Source of the DNA: an uncultured Gammaproteobacteria bacterium
GTDB taxonomy: Bacteria > Patescibacteriota > Patescibacteriia > Magasanikbacterales > GWA2-37-8
DNA: 64,000 bases
Assembly: GCA_964510885.1 (NCBI GenBank)
Contig: CAZEDL010000006.1
Span: 12,531-76,530 of the forward strand
Direction: 5' to 3'
Of the stretch, positions 1-9,104 are shown piece after piece; position 1 is the first letter of the stretch, and every line of letters begins with the position of its first letter. A model generated the notes under the pieces. It was not told where the DNA came from and made no database searches. It saw only the letters and a list, made by a program, of their open reading frames with translations. Made by a program: the position numbers and the translations under genes.

Positions 1-78
1 ATCGTGGTGGCGGTGGCCATTGAAACCTACAAGCAGATTGAATCACAGTTGACTGTCTACGAATACGACCGGATATAA
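1..78 (+). CDS. secY: Preprotein translocase SecY, C-terminal fragment (gene starts before the window)
   Basis: Frame 1 reads IVVAVAIETYKQIESQLTVYEYDRI*, matching the SecY C-terminus; followed by adk-map, the conserved gene order. Confidence 0.85.
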   Translation: MVVAVAIETYKQIESQLTVYEYDRI

Positions 79-96
79 AAGTAAAATTAACGAGAG

Positions 97-122
97 AGAG
101 CAAGTTAACGCTTGCTCTTTTT
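97..122 (+). terminator. Intrinsic terminator after secY
   Basis: AGAGCAAG-ttaacg-CTTGCTCT stem followed by a T run. Confidence 0.7.
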
Positions 123-235
123 TAATCAGAATCATCTTGCCGGAAGTAGTAGTGTTTGCTATTATTGGCAGGGTTTAGGAGGGGATATATCGGCTTCTAG
201 ACCAGGGATGAATTCCGATATTTTCTGAAATTCTT

Positions 236-895
236 ATGAAAAAAATCCTTATTTTAATGGGGCCGCCCGGAAGCGGCAAGGGGACGCAGGCGAAAAAAAT
301 TGCTGCTAAATTTAAGTATGGCCATATTTCGACCGGTGATTTACTGCGGTCATTGCAGCAGAGCCCGTCGATCGCCCCCGATGAACAACAGGCGCTCGAA
401 GAGATGAAGGCCGGGCGTCTAGTTCCAGACTGGCTGATCTATCGACTGGCGTTTCGCGCCATTGATTCGTATCTATTAGCTGGACAGGGAGTAGTGTTAG
501 ACGGTGCGATTCGTAATCTCGCCCAAGCCGAAAGCTATGATACCTATTTTAAAGATCATAATTTGACAGATGAGGTCGCAGTTATAGAAATCGCGCTTCC
601 AGACAATGAATCATTTGATCGCCTCGCCAAACGTCGCATTTGCGCGAAGTGTGGAGAAATTGTGGCGTTTACTGATGTGCCCCCTACCATCTGCCCGGCC
701 TGTTCAGGAGAGCTTAAAGCCCGCGCCGATGACGCCCCGGCAGTGGTCGAGAAACGAATCGCCGAGCAGGGCAATCGCGCCATCGAGCCGCTTCGGCAGT
801 ATTATGACACGCAAAAACGTCTGATTACGATAGATGGTAAGCAGCCCGTGCCAGTGGTCGAAGCTGATTTGCAGTCTATTATCATGAAGAGTTAA
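236..895 (+). CDS. adk: Adenylate kinase with Zn-binding lid
   Basis: GPPGSGKGTQA P-loop, HISTGDLLR, CxxC...CxxC lid. Confidence 0.95.
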   Translation: MKKILILMGPPGSGKGTQAKKIAAKFKYGHISTGDLLRSLQQSPSIAPDEQQALEEMKAGRLVPDWLIYRLAFRAIDSYLLAGQGVVLDGAIRNLAQAESYDTYFKDHNLTDEVAVIEIALPDNESFDRLAKRRICAKCGEIVAFTDVPPTICPACSGELKARADDAPAVVEKRIAEQGNRAIEPLRQYYDTQKRLITIDGKQPVPVVEADLQSIIMKS

Positions 896-906
896 TACTC
901 GCTGGT

Positions 907-1755
907 ATGCATATCAAAACCGGAGAAGCAATCAAACAAATCAAGGCCGGCGGTAAGCTGATGGGCCGAATTTTGCATGAATTGCAAGTCGCAGCCCGCG
1001 CCGGACACTCAACGCTTGAAGTCGATGCCTCAGCCGAAACAAAAATTCGCAAAGCCGGCGGTACCCCAATTTTTAAAGGTTACACGACCAGCGTCACTGA
1101 TATTCCATTTCCGTCAACTATTTGTGCTTCGCTTAATACCGAATTAGTTCATGCCATTGCGCGCCCCGATGTTGTCCTAAAAGACGGCGATATTTTTAGC
1201 ATTGATATTGGCATGGGATACCCGGCAAAAAAATCAAAATTCCAAATTCCAAATTCAAAATTCCCTCGTGGCGGGTACGTTACCGACACCGCCATAACTT
1301 TTGCGATTGGCACCATTCCCGAAGCTACCAAAAAATTACTAGCGGTTACTAAACAGGCACTCGAAGAGGGGATTAAAGCCGCCAAACCAGGCAACAGCAT
1401 TGCCGCCATCGGTAAAGCGGTTGAAACATACGTCCGCTCCCAAGGTAATTATGGTATTGTTGAAGATTTGGTTGGCCACGGGGTTGGCTATGCCTTGCAC
1501 GAAGCACCGCATATTCCCAATTACTACGACCCCGGCCTTGAATCGCTGATTTTAAAACCTGGTATGGTGATTGCCATTGAGCCTATGATCTCTATGTCAG
1601 GCGAACACCGTGTCCGCACCAAAGCTGATGGCTGGACTATCGAAATGAAAGACAAATCGCTCTGTGCTCATTTTGAACATACCGTAATTATTACCGAGAA
1701 GGGGAATATTGTAGCCACGCGCCGCCCTGGTGAAGATAAAGAAAAATTGTGGTAA
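907..1755 (+). CDS. map: Methionine aminopeptidase type I
   Basis: SIDIG, TDTA, GHGVG..LHE, AIEPM, AHFEHT motifs. Confidence 0.95.
   Translation: MHIKTGEAIKQIKAGGKLMGRILHELQVAARAGHSTLEVDASAETKIRKAGGTPIFKGYTTSVTDIPFPSTICASLNTELVHAIARPDVVLKDGDIFSIDIGMGYPAKKSKFQIPNSKFPRGGYVTDTAITFAIGTIPEATKKLLAVTKQALEEGIKAAKPGNSIAAIGKAVETYVRSQGNYGIVEDLVGHGVGYALHEAPHIPNYYDPGLESLILKPGMVIAIEPMISMSGEHRVRTKADGWTIEMKDKSLCAHFEHTVIITEKGNIVATRRPGEDKEKLW
1230..1264 (+). repeat. Five heptamer units (AAATTCC-like) inserted in frame in map
   Basis: aaaatca aaattcc aaattcc aaattca aaattcc, translated as KSKFQIPNSKF. Confidence 0.8.
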
Positions 1756-1762
1756 TGAGCCT

Positions 1763-2170
1763 ATGAAAATCATCGGTCTTGATTATGGTACGAATCGCAT
1801 TGGCCTCGCCTGGAGCGATACCGCGCTCGGGGTAGTTCTCCCGTTCGGAGTTATTGAAGTAAAACCATCCAAAACACCAGGCAGCAACCAACAAGACCGC
1901 CTTTTTAAAAAAGTAATCGATCTCATCAAAAGCGAACATATCGACGCGGTAGTTATTGGTCTGCCCATTAGTCTAACCGGCCAAGAAAACCGCAACACTT
2001 CTCGGGTGAAAGAATTGGCGTTTGAAATTCAAAAACAGACCAACCTGCCTATCGCTCTGTCCGATGAGCGATTTTCTTCACAGCAAGCCGATAGCGTCGG
2101 CCCTGGTGTCAGCCGCGACGAGCGATCAGCGATGATTATATTGCAGTCTTATCTTGATAAGAAAAAATAA
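1763..2170 (+). CDS. ruvX: Holliday junction resolvase-like / pre-16S rRNA nuclease RuvX (YqgF)
   Basis: IIGLDYGTNRIGLA, VVIGLP, DERFSS motifs; ATG at 1763. Confidence 0.9.
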   Translation: MKIIGLDYGTNRIGLAWSDTALGVVLPFGVIEVKPSKTPGSNQQDRLFKKVIDLIKSEHIDAVVIGLPISLTGQENRNTSRVKELAFEIQKQTNLPIALSDERFSSQQADSVGPGVSRDERSAMIILQSYLDKKK

Positions 2171-2250
2171 AATACAATTTTGGCAAACACCAAACGATTT
2201 CTATTCTGCACGTCCTGCCGTTCATCTTGTCCTGAGTATACAATGCTTCT

Positions 2251-2952
2251 ATGCACGCCATCATTCTGTCGCGCCACGATGTCCGCGAATTCGACCAGCG
2301 GATTGTGTGTTATACCCGCGAAGCTGGCAAGCGCGAATACATCGCCCGTGGTGTTAAAAAAATAACCAGCAAATTATCATCATCACTCGAACCATCGCTA
2401 TACGTCACAATTGCCTATGCAGCGGGCGCCGAGCGTGATTATGTAATAAATGCTGAAATTGAATCGCCTCGGGTAAATCTGCGCTCGGATGCTACAACTC
2501 TCTTGCTTGCACGCACTAGTTTACGCATAGTAGACGAGGCAGTTACTAATCCCGAATCCGACCCGCGCCTATTTGATTTTTTAGAAAGCTGGTTAACATA
2601 TCTCGATTCCGATAACAATATACTGTTTTCAGACACGGTATTATCTGGATTTATTATCCGCTTCATGGCCTATCTAGGTTTTGCACCCCGCCTTGATGAG
2701 TGCTCAGTTTGCCAAACCATAATGACTGATGGATATTTTTCGCTAGCGAGCGGGGGAGTGGTGCATAGTACGTGTTATCAAAAACCCCCGACGCTGCGTG
2801 ATGTGGTGTATGACATTTCCGCCAGCGATCTAAGTCTGCTTAAAAATATGCGTGACACCAGCTGGGTACTGCTTGGTGAACAATCAAGCAGTCAAAAAAT
2901 TAACCAGCTAGTACGCAATTTTTTGGCTTACTATAGCGAAAAAAAGGCTTAA
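2251..2952 (+). CDS. recO: DNA repair protein RecO
   Basis: REFDQRI..YTREAGK..ARG N-terminus; LGFAPRLDECSVC..GG Zn-finger region. Confidence 0.9.
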   Translation: MHAIILSRHDVREFDQRIVCYTREAGKREYIARGVKKITSKLSSSLEPSLYVTIAYAAGAERDYVINAEIESPRVNLRSDATTLLLARTSLRIVDEAVTNPESDPRLFDFLESWLTYLDSDNNILFSDTVLSGFIIRFMAYLGFAPRLDECSVCQTIMTDGYFSLASGGVVHSTCYQKPPTLRDVVYDISASDLSLLKNMRDTSWVLLGEQSSSQKINQLVRNFLAYYSEKKA

Positions 2953-3096
2953 ATCAAATTATCGTATCGGTGGCGTTGCTAAAAGTTGTTGCCATCGACA
3001 TCTGATCTTTCATTAAAAATCTTGCCTATTATAATCAGTTCCGCTAGAATAAAATTCTGCCAATTATTTTCAATAAAAATATTTATTTCGGTGTAT

Positions 3097-4389
3097 ATGG
3101 ATATTCTTATCAGTCAATGTGCAGCTCATGTAGGCGAAACCGTTACCATAAAAGGCTGGCTTTATAACAAACGATCGTCCGGCCCGATTAGCTTTCTTGA
3201 AATTCGTGATGGCTCAGGATTTATTCAAGCGGTAGCGGTGCAAAAAAGTGTGGCAGCCGACGTGTGGTCGGCGCTTGAAGCGGTAACCCAAGAATCATCA
3301 CTCACGCTCACCGGTACGATTTCCAAACATCCCAAAAAAGATGATGTATTTGAGTTACAAGTTACCGGCGCCACAGTGTTGCAACAAGCCGTTGATTATC
3401 CGATCGCCAAAAAAGACCATGGCCCGGATTTTCTGATGGACAATCGTCATCTGTGGCTGCGCAGCAAACGCCAGTGGGCCATATTGCGCATCCGCGACAC
3501 GATCATCATGGCCATCCAGGAATATTTGCACACGCAGAATTTTATTCGCATTGATTCACCAATTTTTACCCCCAATGCCTGTGAAGGTACCACCACGCTA
3601 TTTGCAGTGCCGTATTTTGACCTCGGCTCCGCTTATATGTCTCAATCAGGCCAGCTCTATATCGAAGCTGCCATTGCCTCGGTCGGTCGCTGCTATGATT
3701 TTGGCCCAGTGTTCCGCGCCGAAAAAAGCAAAACCAAACGTCACCTCACCGAATTTTGGATGATGGATGCCGAAGCTGCCTTCATGGAACATGAAGGCAA
3801 TGTAGCGTTGCAAGAAAGGCTCGTCCGCCACCTCATCCGCCGCTGCCTTGAATCGTGCCAAACGGAGTTGCTGCTACTCGAGCGCAACCTCGACACCCTA
3901 AAAGCCGCTGATGCACCCTTCACGCGCTACACGTACGAACAGGCTATTGCCAAATTGCACGAGCTCGGCTCAGATATTAAATTCGGCGATGACCTCGGCA
4001 ACGATGACGAAGGCCTCCTGACCAAAGACAGCGCGGTGCCAGTATTTATCGAAAAGTGGCCAAAGAGTATCAAACCCTTCTACATGAAAACCGACCCAAG
4101 TGATGCCACTCGCGTGTTCAATGATGATCTGATCGCTACCGAAGGTGGAGGAGAACTCATTGGCGGCAGCCAACGCGAAGAAAACGTCGATATCTTACTC
4201 GCTCGTATAAAAGAAGAGGGGTTAAACCAGGCTGATTATGAATGGTATCTCGACACCCGTCGCTTTGGAGGTGTGCCGCATGCCGGCTTTGGTATCGGCC
4301 TTGAGCGCGTGGTACGCTGGATTTCCGGAGTCGAACATATTCGCGAGTGCATACCGTTCCCGCGGACGATTGGGCGCCTTAGACCTTAA
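3097..4389 (+). CDS. asnS: Asparagine--tRNA ligase
   Basis: OB-fold (FLEIRDGSG), RHLWLRS, FRAEKSKTKRHLTEFWM, ELIGGSQRE, PHAGFGIGLER; ATG at 3097. Confidence 0.93.
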   Translation: MDILISQCAAHVGETVTIKGWLYNKRSSGPISFLEIRDGSGFIQAVAVQKSVAADVWSALEAVTQESSLTLTGTISKHPKKDDVFELQVTGATVLQQAVDYPIAKKDHGPDFLMDNRHLWLRSKRQWAILRIRDTIIMAIQEYLHTQNFIRIDSPIFTPNACEGTTTLFAVPYFDLGSAYMSQSGQLYIEAAIASVGRCYDFGPVFRAEKSKTKRHLTEFWMMDAEAAFMEHEGNVALQERLVRHLIRRCLESCQTELLLLERNLDTLKAADAPFTRYTYEQAIAKLHELGSDIKFGDDLGNDDEGLLTKDSAVPVFIEKWPKSIKPFYMKTDPSDATRVFNDDLIATEGGGELIGGSQREENVDILLARIKEEGLNQADYEWYLDTRRFGGVPHAGFGIGLERVVRWISGVEHIRECIPFPRTIGRLRP

Positions 4390-4400
4390 TAAACAAACCA

Positions 4401-4430
4401 AAAAATTCCCGCTCTCAGGCGGGAATTTTT
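4401..4430. terminator. Bidirectional terminator between convergent genes
   Basis: AAAAATTCCCGC-tctcag-GCGGGAATTTTT. Confidence 0.75.
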
Positions 4431-4458
4431 ATCTTCTAACATCTAATAATGTACTATC

Positions 4459-5424
4459 TTAGCGCTGTGGTTCAAGGGTAATCACCGCCACCTCAGGCGG
4501 AGTAAATAACCGAAGCGGCGCGCCCGATTCACTGGTTCCAACCGTAGTAAAAATTGGTACCTTATTCCAAAAATTCAGCCAGCGATAAAAGCCTGTTCCG
4601 AGCCTAGACTCAACCTGCCCAAGTGGACCAAGCCATGGAAGCCATAGCTGCCCACCATGAGTATGGCCGGACACTTCAAGATCAGGCAGCGGCAAATCTT
4701 TCGGCCAAAATAAAATCCCGTCTGGATTATGACTAATCTGGATCAACGGGGTATGTGGTGGCCACTTTTTTAAGGCTGAAAAATCAAACTGCTGGCGGTA
4801 CACTTCATCCATGCCAAATAAACAAATAACCTGCTGCTTGATCGTAGGACATTCTAATTCGTTGACCAATAATGGCACATTAAGCTCAGCCAGCCGGGCA
4901 GACACGAGGGTAGATTTATCATAGTTAGTTTGGTAATCATAGGCCCGGTAGCCATATTCATGATTACCAAGCACGGCATAGACGGGTAACTTTTCAGCCA
5001 ATGCGCGCAAAGGTGAGAGGTATACGCTCTCGTCTTCCACCCCTTCATTTACCGTATAGTCGCCAGCGAGTAGAACCAGATCTGGGTTAATCGAGAGTAT
5101 AGTAGTGACCACTTTTTGTATCCATGCTTCTCGTTTGTGCTCACCGGCATGCAGATCAGAAACCACTACCACCCTAACGGGCTCTTTAATCCCGTTGATA
5201 GGGATGGATACCCGGTGTACCCGCAGCCAATTAGGCTCAATAAATCGGACATAGATGCCGAGTACAATAATAAGGCCTATAACAACTAAGAGGCCATAAG
5301 CCAAAAGCGGCCTACGCCCCAGCCAGGAGCGTTTATTTTTTCGGTCGCGGTTAAAAAAATAGGCGAGTAAAGCCAATACTCCTATGCCACCATACAGAAT
5401 TATTAAATACGGATTCAAATCCAT
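4459..5424 (-). CDS. Membrane-anchored metallophosphoesterase (YkuE/YaeI-like)
   Basis: Two N-terminal TM segments; SDLH, GDY, GNHE, SHNPD, GHTHGGQ motifs. Confidence 0.9.
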   Translation of the reverse strand: MDLNPYLIILYGGIGVLALLAYFFNRDRKNKRSWLGRRPLLAYGLLVVIGLIIVLGIYVRFIEPNWLRVHRVSIPINGIKEPVRVVVVSDLHAGEHKREAWIQKVVTTILSINPDLVLLAGDYTVNEGVEDESVYLSPLRALAEKLPVYAVLGNHEYGYRAYDYQTNYDKSTLVSARLAELNVPLLVNELECPTIKQQVICLFGMDEVYRQQFDFSALKKWPPHTPLIQISHNPDGILFWPKDLPLPDLEVSGHTHGGQLWLPWLGPLGQVESRLGTGFYRWLNFWNKVPIFTTVGTSESGAPLRLFTPPEVAVITLEPQR

Positions 5425-5427
5425 AGT

Positions 5428-5658
5428 CTAATCAATATACCGAAAGCGGGGGACAGTGGCTCCATTATATTCTACCGTTTGCAAAAATTCTTCCTTCGGC
5501 CTAATAAACCAAGCTTCATTCCCAACCTCAGGATGATTATACAAGGCCTTATACACCACCTGTTTTTCTAGTGTTTCATGATGATATGCCTCACCAAGGA
5601 CTTCGTAAAAATTACCTTTGTAATGTTGGTAGCGGCCAAGCTTAATATGGTCAGTCAT
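5428..5658 (-). CDS. DUF1653 family protein
   Basis: GRYQHYKGNFYEV..A.HHETLE..VVYKALY..WFIRP..EF....PRF pattern. Confidence 0.85.
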   Translation of the reverse strand: MTDHIKLGRYQHYKGNFYEVLGEAYHHETLEKQVVYKALYNHPEVGNEAWFIRPKEEFLQTVEYNGATVPRFRYID

Positions 5659-5886
5659 AAGAAAAAAAGTTTTTTAACTATACCAAAAAAATAAGCTATC
5701 GTCTACGTAAAATAAATAAAAACCCTTAAATTATAAGGGTTGTCTAGTTGCAGACGAAATAAAGTATTATCTGATCCAGAGTTTTGATATTTTTGAGTGT
5801 TTAAAGGTGTGTCTAGTCTTTATAGCTTTATAATATGAAGTTTTTATACAGTAGAAATATTATTTTGCAGTTAGATGTTTAGAGTT

Positions 5887-6050
5887 TTCTCTTATAGTTC
5901 CTGTACGAGAACAGAAGCTATAAGAGAATCGACGGTTGGGTAAGAAAAGAAACGGACCGTCGCGCCGTGTCATGAAGGCAAGAATTTTCACCTGACCTAG
6001 GTTTTCACCTAGGTCTACCTAGTCGCCCCCTCCTTAAGAATACGACGCGG
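5887..6050 (-). other. Multi-hairpin structured 3' region of the M1 aminopeptidase gene
   Basis: Stems 5887-5897/5918-5928, 5930-5936/5956-5962 and 5994-6001/6008-6015. Confidence 0.6.
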
Positions 6051-6055
6051 TTTGG

Positions 6056-7843
6056 TTACTTGGCCAGCTCGGCCTCCCGCAGGATGCGCTCAACCTGGCC
6101 ATTGGTGATGGGGTGGTAGCCGGCCTTAACCTGTTCAAAGACGCGCCGCGCCCAGGCCAGGCCCTGGACGGTCTTCGCCTTGGCCCGCATCAGCGGGAGG
6201 ACGTACTTCATCCGGCCGCCCTCGACCAGGAAGCGCTCGATCTGGTCGTCCACCGCCGTGTAGCCGGACTCGACGGCGAGGAGGAGGAACGCCCACTTGA
6301 TCTCGGCGAAGCGGTTGGTGCTGAGGTTGAACTCGATGTCGAGCTTGGCGACGAACTCCGGGGTGGCCGGGCGCGGTAGCAGTTCCAGGTAAAGCGTCCA
6401 CTGCGGGTCGGACCAGGCCTGGCCGACCTCGCGGGGCGGGATGATGGACTGCTCAGCGTACCGCGCGACGTCGTCGATGAGCAACGACTCGATCTTCGGA
6501 GCGTTCTCGGGCCAGCCTGGCTCGTAGACGTAGCGCCAGGCCTGGACCTGCTCCAGCGCACCCGGCAACTCGGAGGCCACGAAGTCGAGGAAGGTGGCGG
6601 TATCGATGGCCGTGAAGCGGAACCGGGCGATGTAGGCCCGGATGAACCGGTCGAAGCGCTCACGCCCGACCCTCTCCTCGATGGCCCGGATGAACATCGC
6701 CCCCTCGAAGTACGGCACCCGCGAGAAGATGTCGTCGGGGTCGACGGCGCAGGAGATGTGGGTGGACAGGGCGGTAAGCTCGGGAGTGCCGGTCGTGATG
6801 AAGTGGTGGCAGTCCCGGCTGAACTCTCGGCCACGCAGGGCCATCTGCAGGAGGGCCGCGTCGCGGCCATGGAGCGCCTCGTAGATGCGCCACTCGATGT
6901 AGGTCGTCCAGCCCTCGTTGAGCCAGAACGACCGCCAGTCGGCATTGCCGATCAAGTTGCCGGTCCAGGAGTGGGCCAGCTCGTGGCCGACGACAGCCGC
7001 GCCGCCGGGGATTAGGGTGGGTGTCAGGAAGGTGAGCCGCGGGTTCTCCATGCCCCCGTAGGGGAAGGAGGGCGGCAGGATCAACAGGTCGAACCGCTCC
7101 CAGTCGTACGGGCCGAAGAGCCCCTCGGCCACGTCCATCATCTGTCCGACCTGGGCGAACTCAGCAGCCGCCGCGTCGACCAGCTCCACCTCGGACCAGA
7201 CGCGGCAGCGATCGGTGATGTCGCGCGACACCAGGTCGCCGACGGCGATGGCCATGAGGTAGGCCGGGATGCGCTGGGGCATACGGTATCGCTCGATCGC
7301 GAGCTCGCCCTGCTCCTCGCGGCCGAGGTGGTTGGCCGCCATGAGCGCGCGCAGCGCCTTTGGCACCGTGATCTCCGCCGAGTAGCTGAAGCGGATATTG
7401 GGGGTGTTCTGGCACGGCACCAGGCTCGGTGCGTGCAGGGCCTGGAATTGGGTGAACAGGTATGGGTGCCGCTTGCCCTTGGTCTGCTCAGCGCTGAGCC
7501 ACTGGATGCCGCTGGCCTCAGGCGAGGTGTGGTAGCGGATATTGACCCGGGGCTCGTCCTCGGGGACCATGACGTTCAGCCGCTGGCCTAGGACCGGCTT
7601 CGACTCGTGGAGCTGGAACTCCAGGGTCTGACCGGAGTTGTCGGTGACGGCTTCGATGGTGAGGTCCCGGACGTCGAGATCGACCGTGCCGCCCTGGCCG
7701 AAGTCGATAGTGGCGGTGCAGCTAATCGTCCTGGTGGCGAAGTTGATCTGGGCCTGCAGGTGCAGGTGGGTCATCGTCGGCTGACCCGGGCCGTAGTATG
7801 AATGCGGATCGCGCTTGATTGCTGGCATCTGCATCATGCACAT
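6056..7843 (-). CDS. M1 family aminopeptidase (leukotriene A4 hydrolase-like), GC-rich
   Basis: PPSFPYGGMENP, HELAHSW-x-NEGWTTY, PYFEG, GRMKY; start placed at ATG 7843, 6 nt after GGAG. Confidence 0.93.
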   Translation of the reverse strand: MCMMQMPAIKRDPHSYYGPGQPTMTHLHLQAQINFATRTISCTATIDFGQGGTVDLDVRDLTIEAVTDNSGQTLEFQLHESKPVLGQRLNVMVPEDEPRVNIRYHTSPEASGIQWLSAEQTKGKRHPYLFTQFQALHAPSLVPCQNTPNIRFSYSAEITVPKALRALMAANHLGREEQGELAIERYRMPQRIPAYLMAIAVGDLVSRDITDRCRVWSEVELVDAAAAEFAQVGQMMDVAEGLFGPYDWERFDLLILPPSFPYGGMENPRLTFLTPTLIPGGAAVVGHELAHSWTGNLIGNADWRSFWLNEGWTTYIEWRIYEALHGRDAALLQMALRGREFSRDCHHFITTGTPELTALSTHISCAVDPDDIFSRVPYFEGAMFIRAIEERVGRERFDRFIRAYIARFRFTAIDTATFLDFVASELPGALEQVQAWRYVYEPGWPENAPKIESLLIDDVARYAEQSIIPPREVGQAWSDPQWTLYLELLPRPATPEFVAKLDIEFNLSTNRFAEIKWAFLLLAVESGYTAVDDQIERFLVEGGRMKYVLPLMRAKAKTVQGLAWARRVFEQVKAGYHPITNGQVERILREAELAK

Positions 7844-7876
7844 GTTGCTCTCCAATGCTGCCCCAACAGCAAGTTG

Positions 7877-7973
7877 ATACGGGGGTGAGTGTGGTTGATT
7901 ATTCAACACCACTCAGCCCCGTATTCTTCAAAGAACAACATGATATATAAGCACTTGTCGCACTGAATGTCAA
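7877..7973 (-). promoter_or_regulatory. TTGACA (-10 ambiguous), boxA-like TGTTCTTTGAAG and a long 5' hairpin
   Basis: Minus strand: TTGACA 7973-7968, boxA-like 7937-7926, hairpin 7924-7877. Confidence 0.55.
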
Positions 7974-8061
7974 TCGAGAGATAGTCAATATCAGCAATTA
8001 AATTTTCTAAATAAATAGAGGATTATTTTTTGTCACCCTTGATTCGATTCTTACTTTGCAA

Positions 8062-8102
8062 ATAACAAATACAGCTCCCCTGAAGGAAGCTGTATTTGTT
8101 AT
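8062..8102 (-). terminator. Hairpin downstream of tRNA-Leu
   Basis: ATAACAAATACAGCT...AGCTGTATTTGTTAT 15-bp inverted repeat. Confidence 0.7.
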
Positions 8103-8104
8103 AG

Positions 8105-8186
8105 TGCCCAGAGAGAGAATCGAACTCTCATGACCGAAGTCGCGGGATTTTGAGTCCCGTGCGTCTACCAATTCCGCCATCTGGGC
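8105..8186 (-). tRNA. tRNA-Leu(CAA)
   Basis: GCCCAGA/TCTGGGC acceptor, TGGCGGAATTGGTAGACGC D-arm, CGGGA-CT-CAA-AA-TCCCG anticodon arm, long variable arm, GTTCGATT; no encoded CCA. Confidence 0.95.
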
Positions 8187-8261
8187 CTAGCAATAAGCTA
8201 TAAGTAGCCGCTATATTAGCGGTTTCTTTTCTCCTTGTCAATCGTATGGTATACTCTCCCC

Positions 8262-9032
8262 ATGATCATCTCTGTAGTCAATCAAAAAGGCGGTGTCGGC
8301 AAAACCACCACCGCCGTAAACCTCGCTGCCGCCCTCTCCGAAGCCGGCAAATTTGTCTTACTGGTCGATCTTGATCCGCAAGGCAACGCCACCTCGGGCC
8401 TCGGGCTTAAAAGCGGGGAGCTAGAGCATGGGCTATACCATGCGTTAGTCGGTGCCCGTCGCTTGCACGACGTAGTGAAAAATACGGCGCATGCCGGGCT
8501 ACGGTTGGTTCCAGCCACACCTGATCTCGCTGGTGCCAACGTGGAACTGGTCAATGTCGACGGTCGGGAGATGAAGTTGTCTGATCTTCTTACCGAAGTG
8601 AACCATGCCTATGATTATGTGATCATTGATTGCCCACCGTCGCTCGGGATTCTGACCCTCAATGGCCTCGTGGCTGCTGATCACATTCTCATTCCGGTCC
8701 AGGCTGAGTACTATGCGCTCGAAGGCCTGGGGCAGCTTCTTAAAACGGTTGAATTAGTCCAAACCAATCTAAAACCAAATCTGGCCGTGCTCGGCGCCGT
8801 GCTCACCATGTTCGATGCGCGCACCCGCCTGTCGGAAGAAGTAATGCAAGAACTATACAAATATTTCCCGAATAATATTTTCCGCTCAGTGGTACCCCGC
8901 ACCGTGCGCCTAGCCGAAGCCCCTAGTTTTGGCCAAAGCATTTTTCACTACGAACCAAGCGGCAAAGGGGCGAAGGCGTATGAGAGGCTTGCTAAAGAGC
9001 TACTCGATAGATTCGAAAATAGTTCTGGCTAG
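8262..9032 (+). CDS. parA: Chromosome partitioning ATPase ParA/Soj
   Basis: NQKGGVGKTT, DLDPQGNAT, IDCPPSLG, RLAEAPSFG; ATG lies 6 nt after TGGTATACT. Confidence 0.95.
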   Translation: MIISVVNQKGGVGKTTTAVNLAAALSEAGKFVLLVDLDPQGNATSGLGLKSGELEHGLYHALVGARRLHDVVKNTAHAGLRLVPATPDLAGANVELVNVDGREMKLSDLLTEVNHAYDYVIIDCPPSLGILTLNGLVAADHILIPVQAEYYALEGLGQLLKTVELVQTNLKPNLAVLGAVLTMFDARTRLSEEVMQELYKYFPNNIFRSVVPRTVRLAEAPSFGQSIFHYEPSGKGAKAYERLAKELLDRFENSSG

Positions 9033-9061
9033 GTAATACTTGCTTAATAATTCACGTTTAA

Positions 9062-9101
9062 TTTTCAATTTCTAATTTTCAATATCCAAACAATTTTCAA
9101 T
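9062..9101 (+). repeat. Degenerate heptamer tandem repeat (TTTTCAA-like)
   Basis: ttttcaa tttctaa ttttcaa tatccaa ... ttttcaa. Confidence 0.6.
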
Positions 9102-9104
9102 CCT

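Noticed and set aside
6208-6945. 245-aa alternative-frame ORF and other ORFs overlapping the M1 peptidase
   Set aside because: Ser/Arg/Pro-rich shadow frames expected from high GC3; no motifs
5659-8186. Integrative element or prophage at tRNA-Leu
   Set aside because: No integrase, phage genes or att duplication seen
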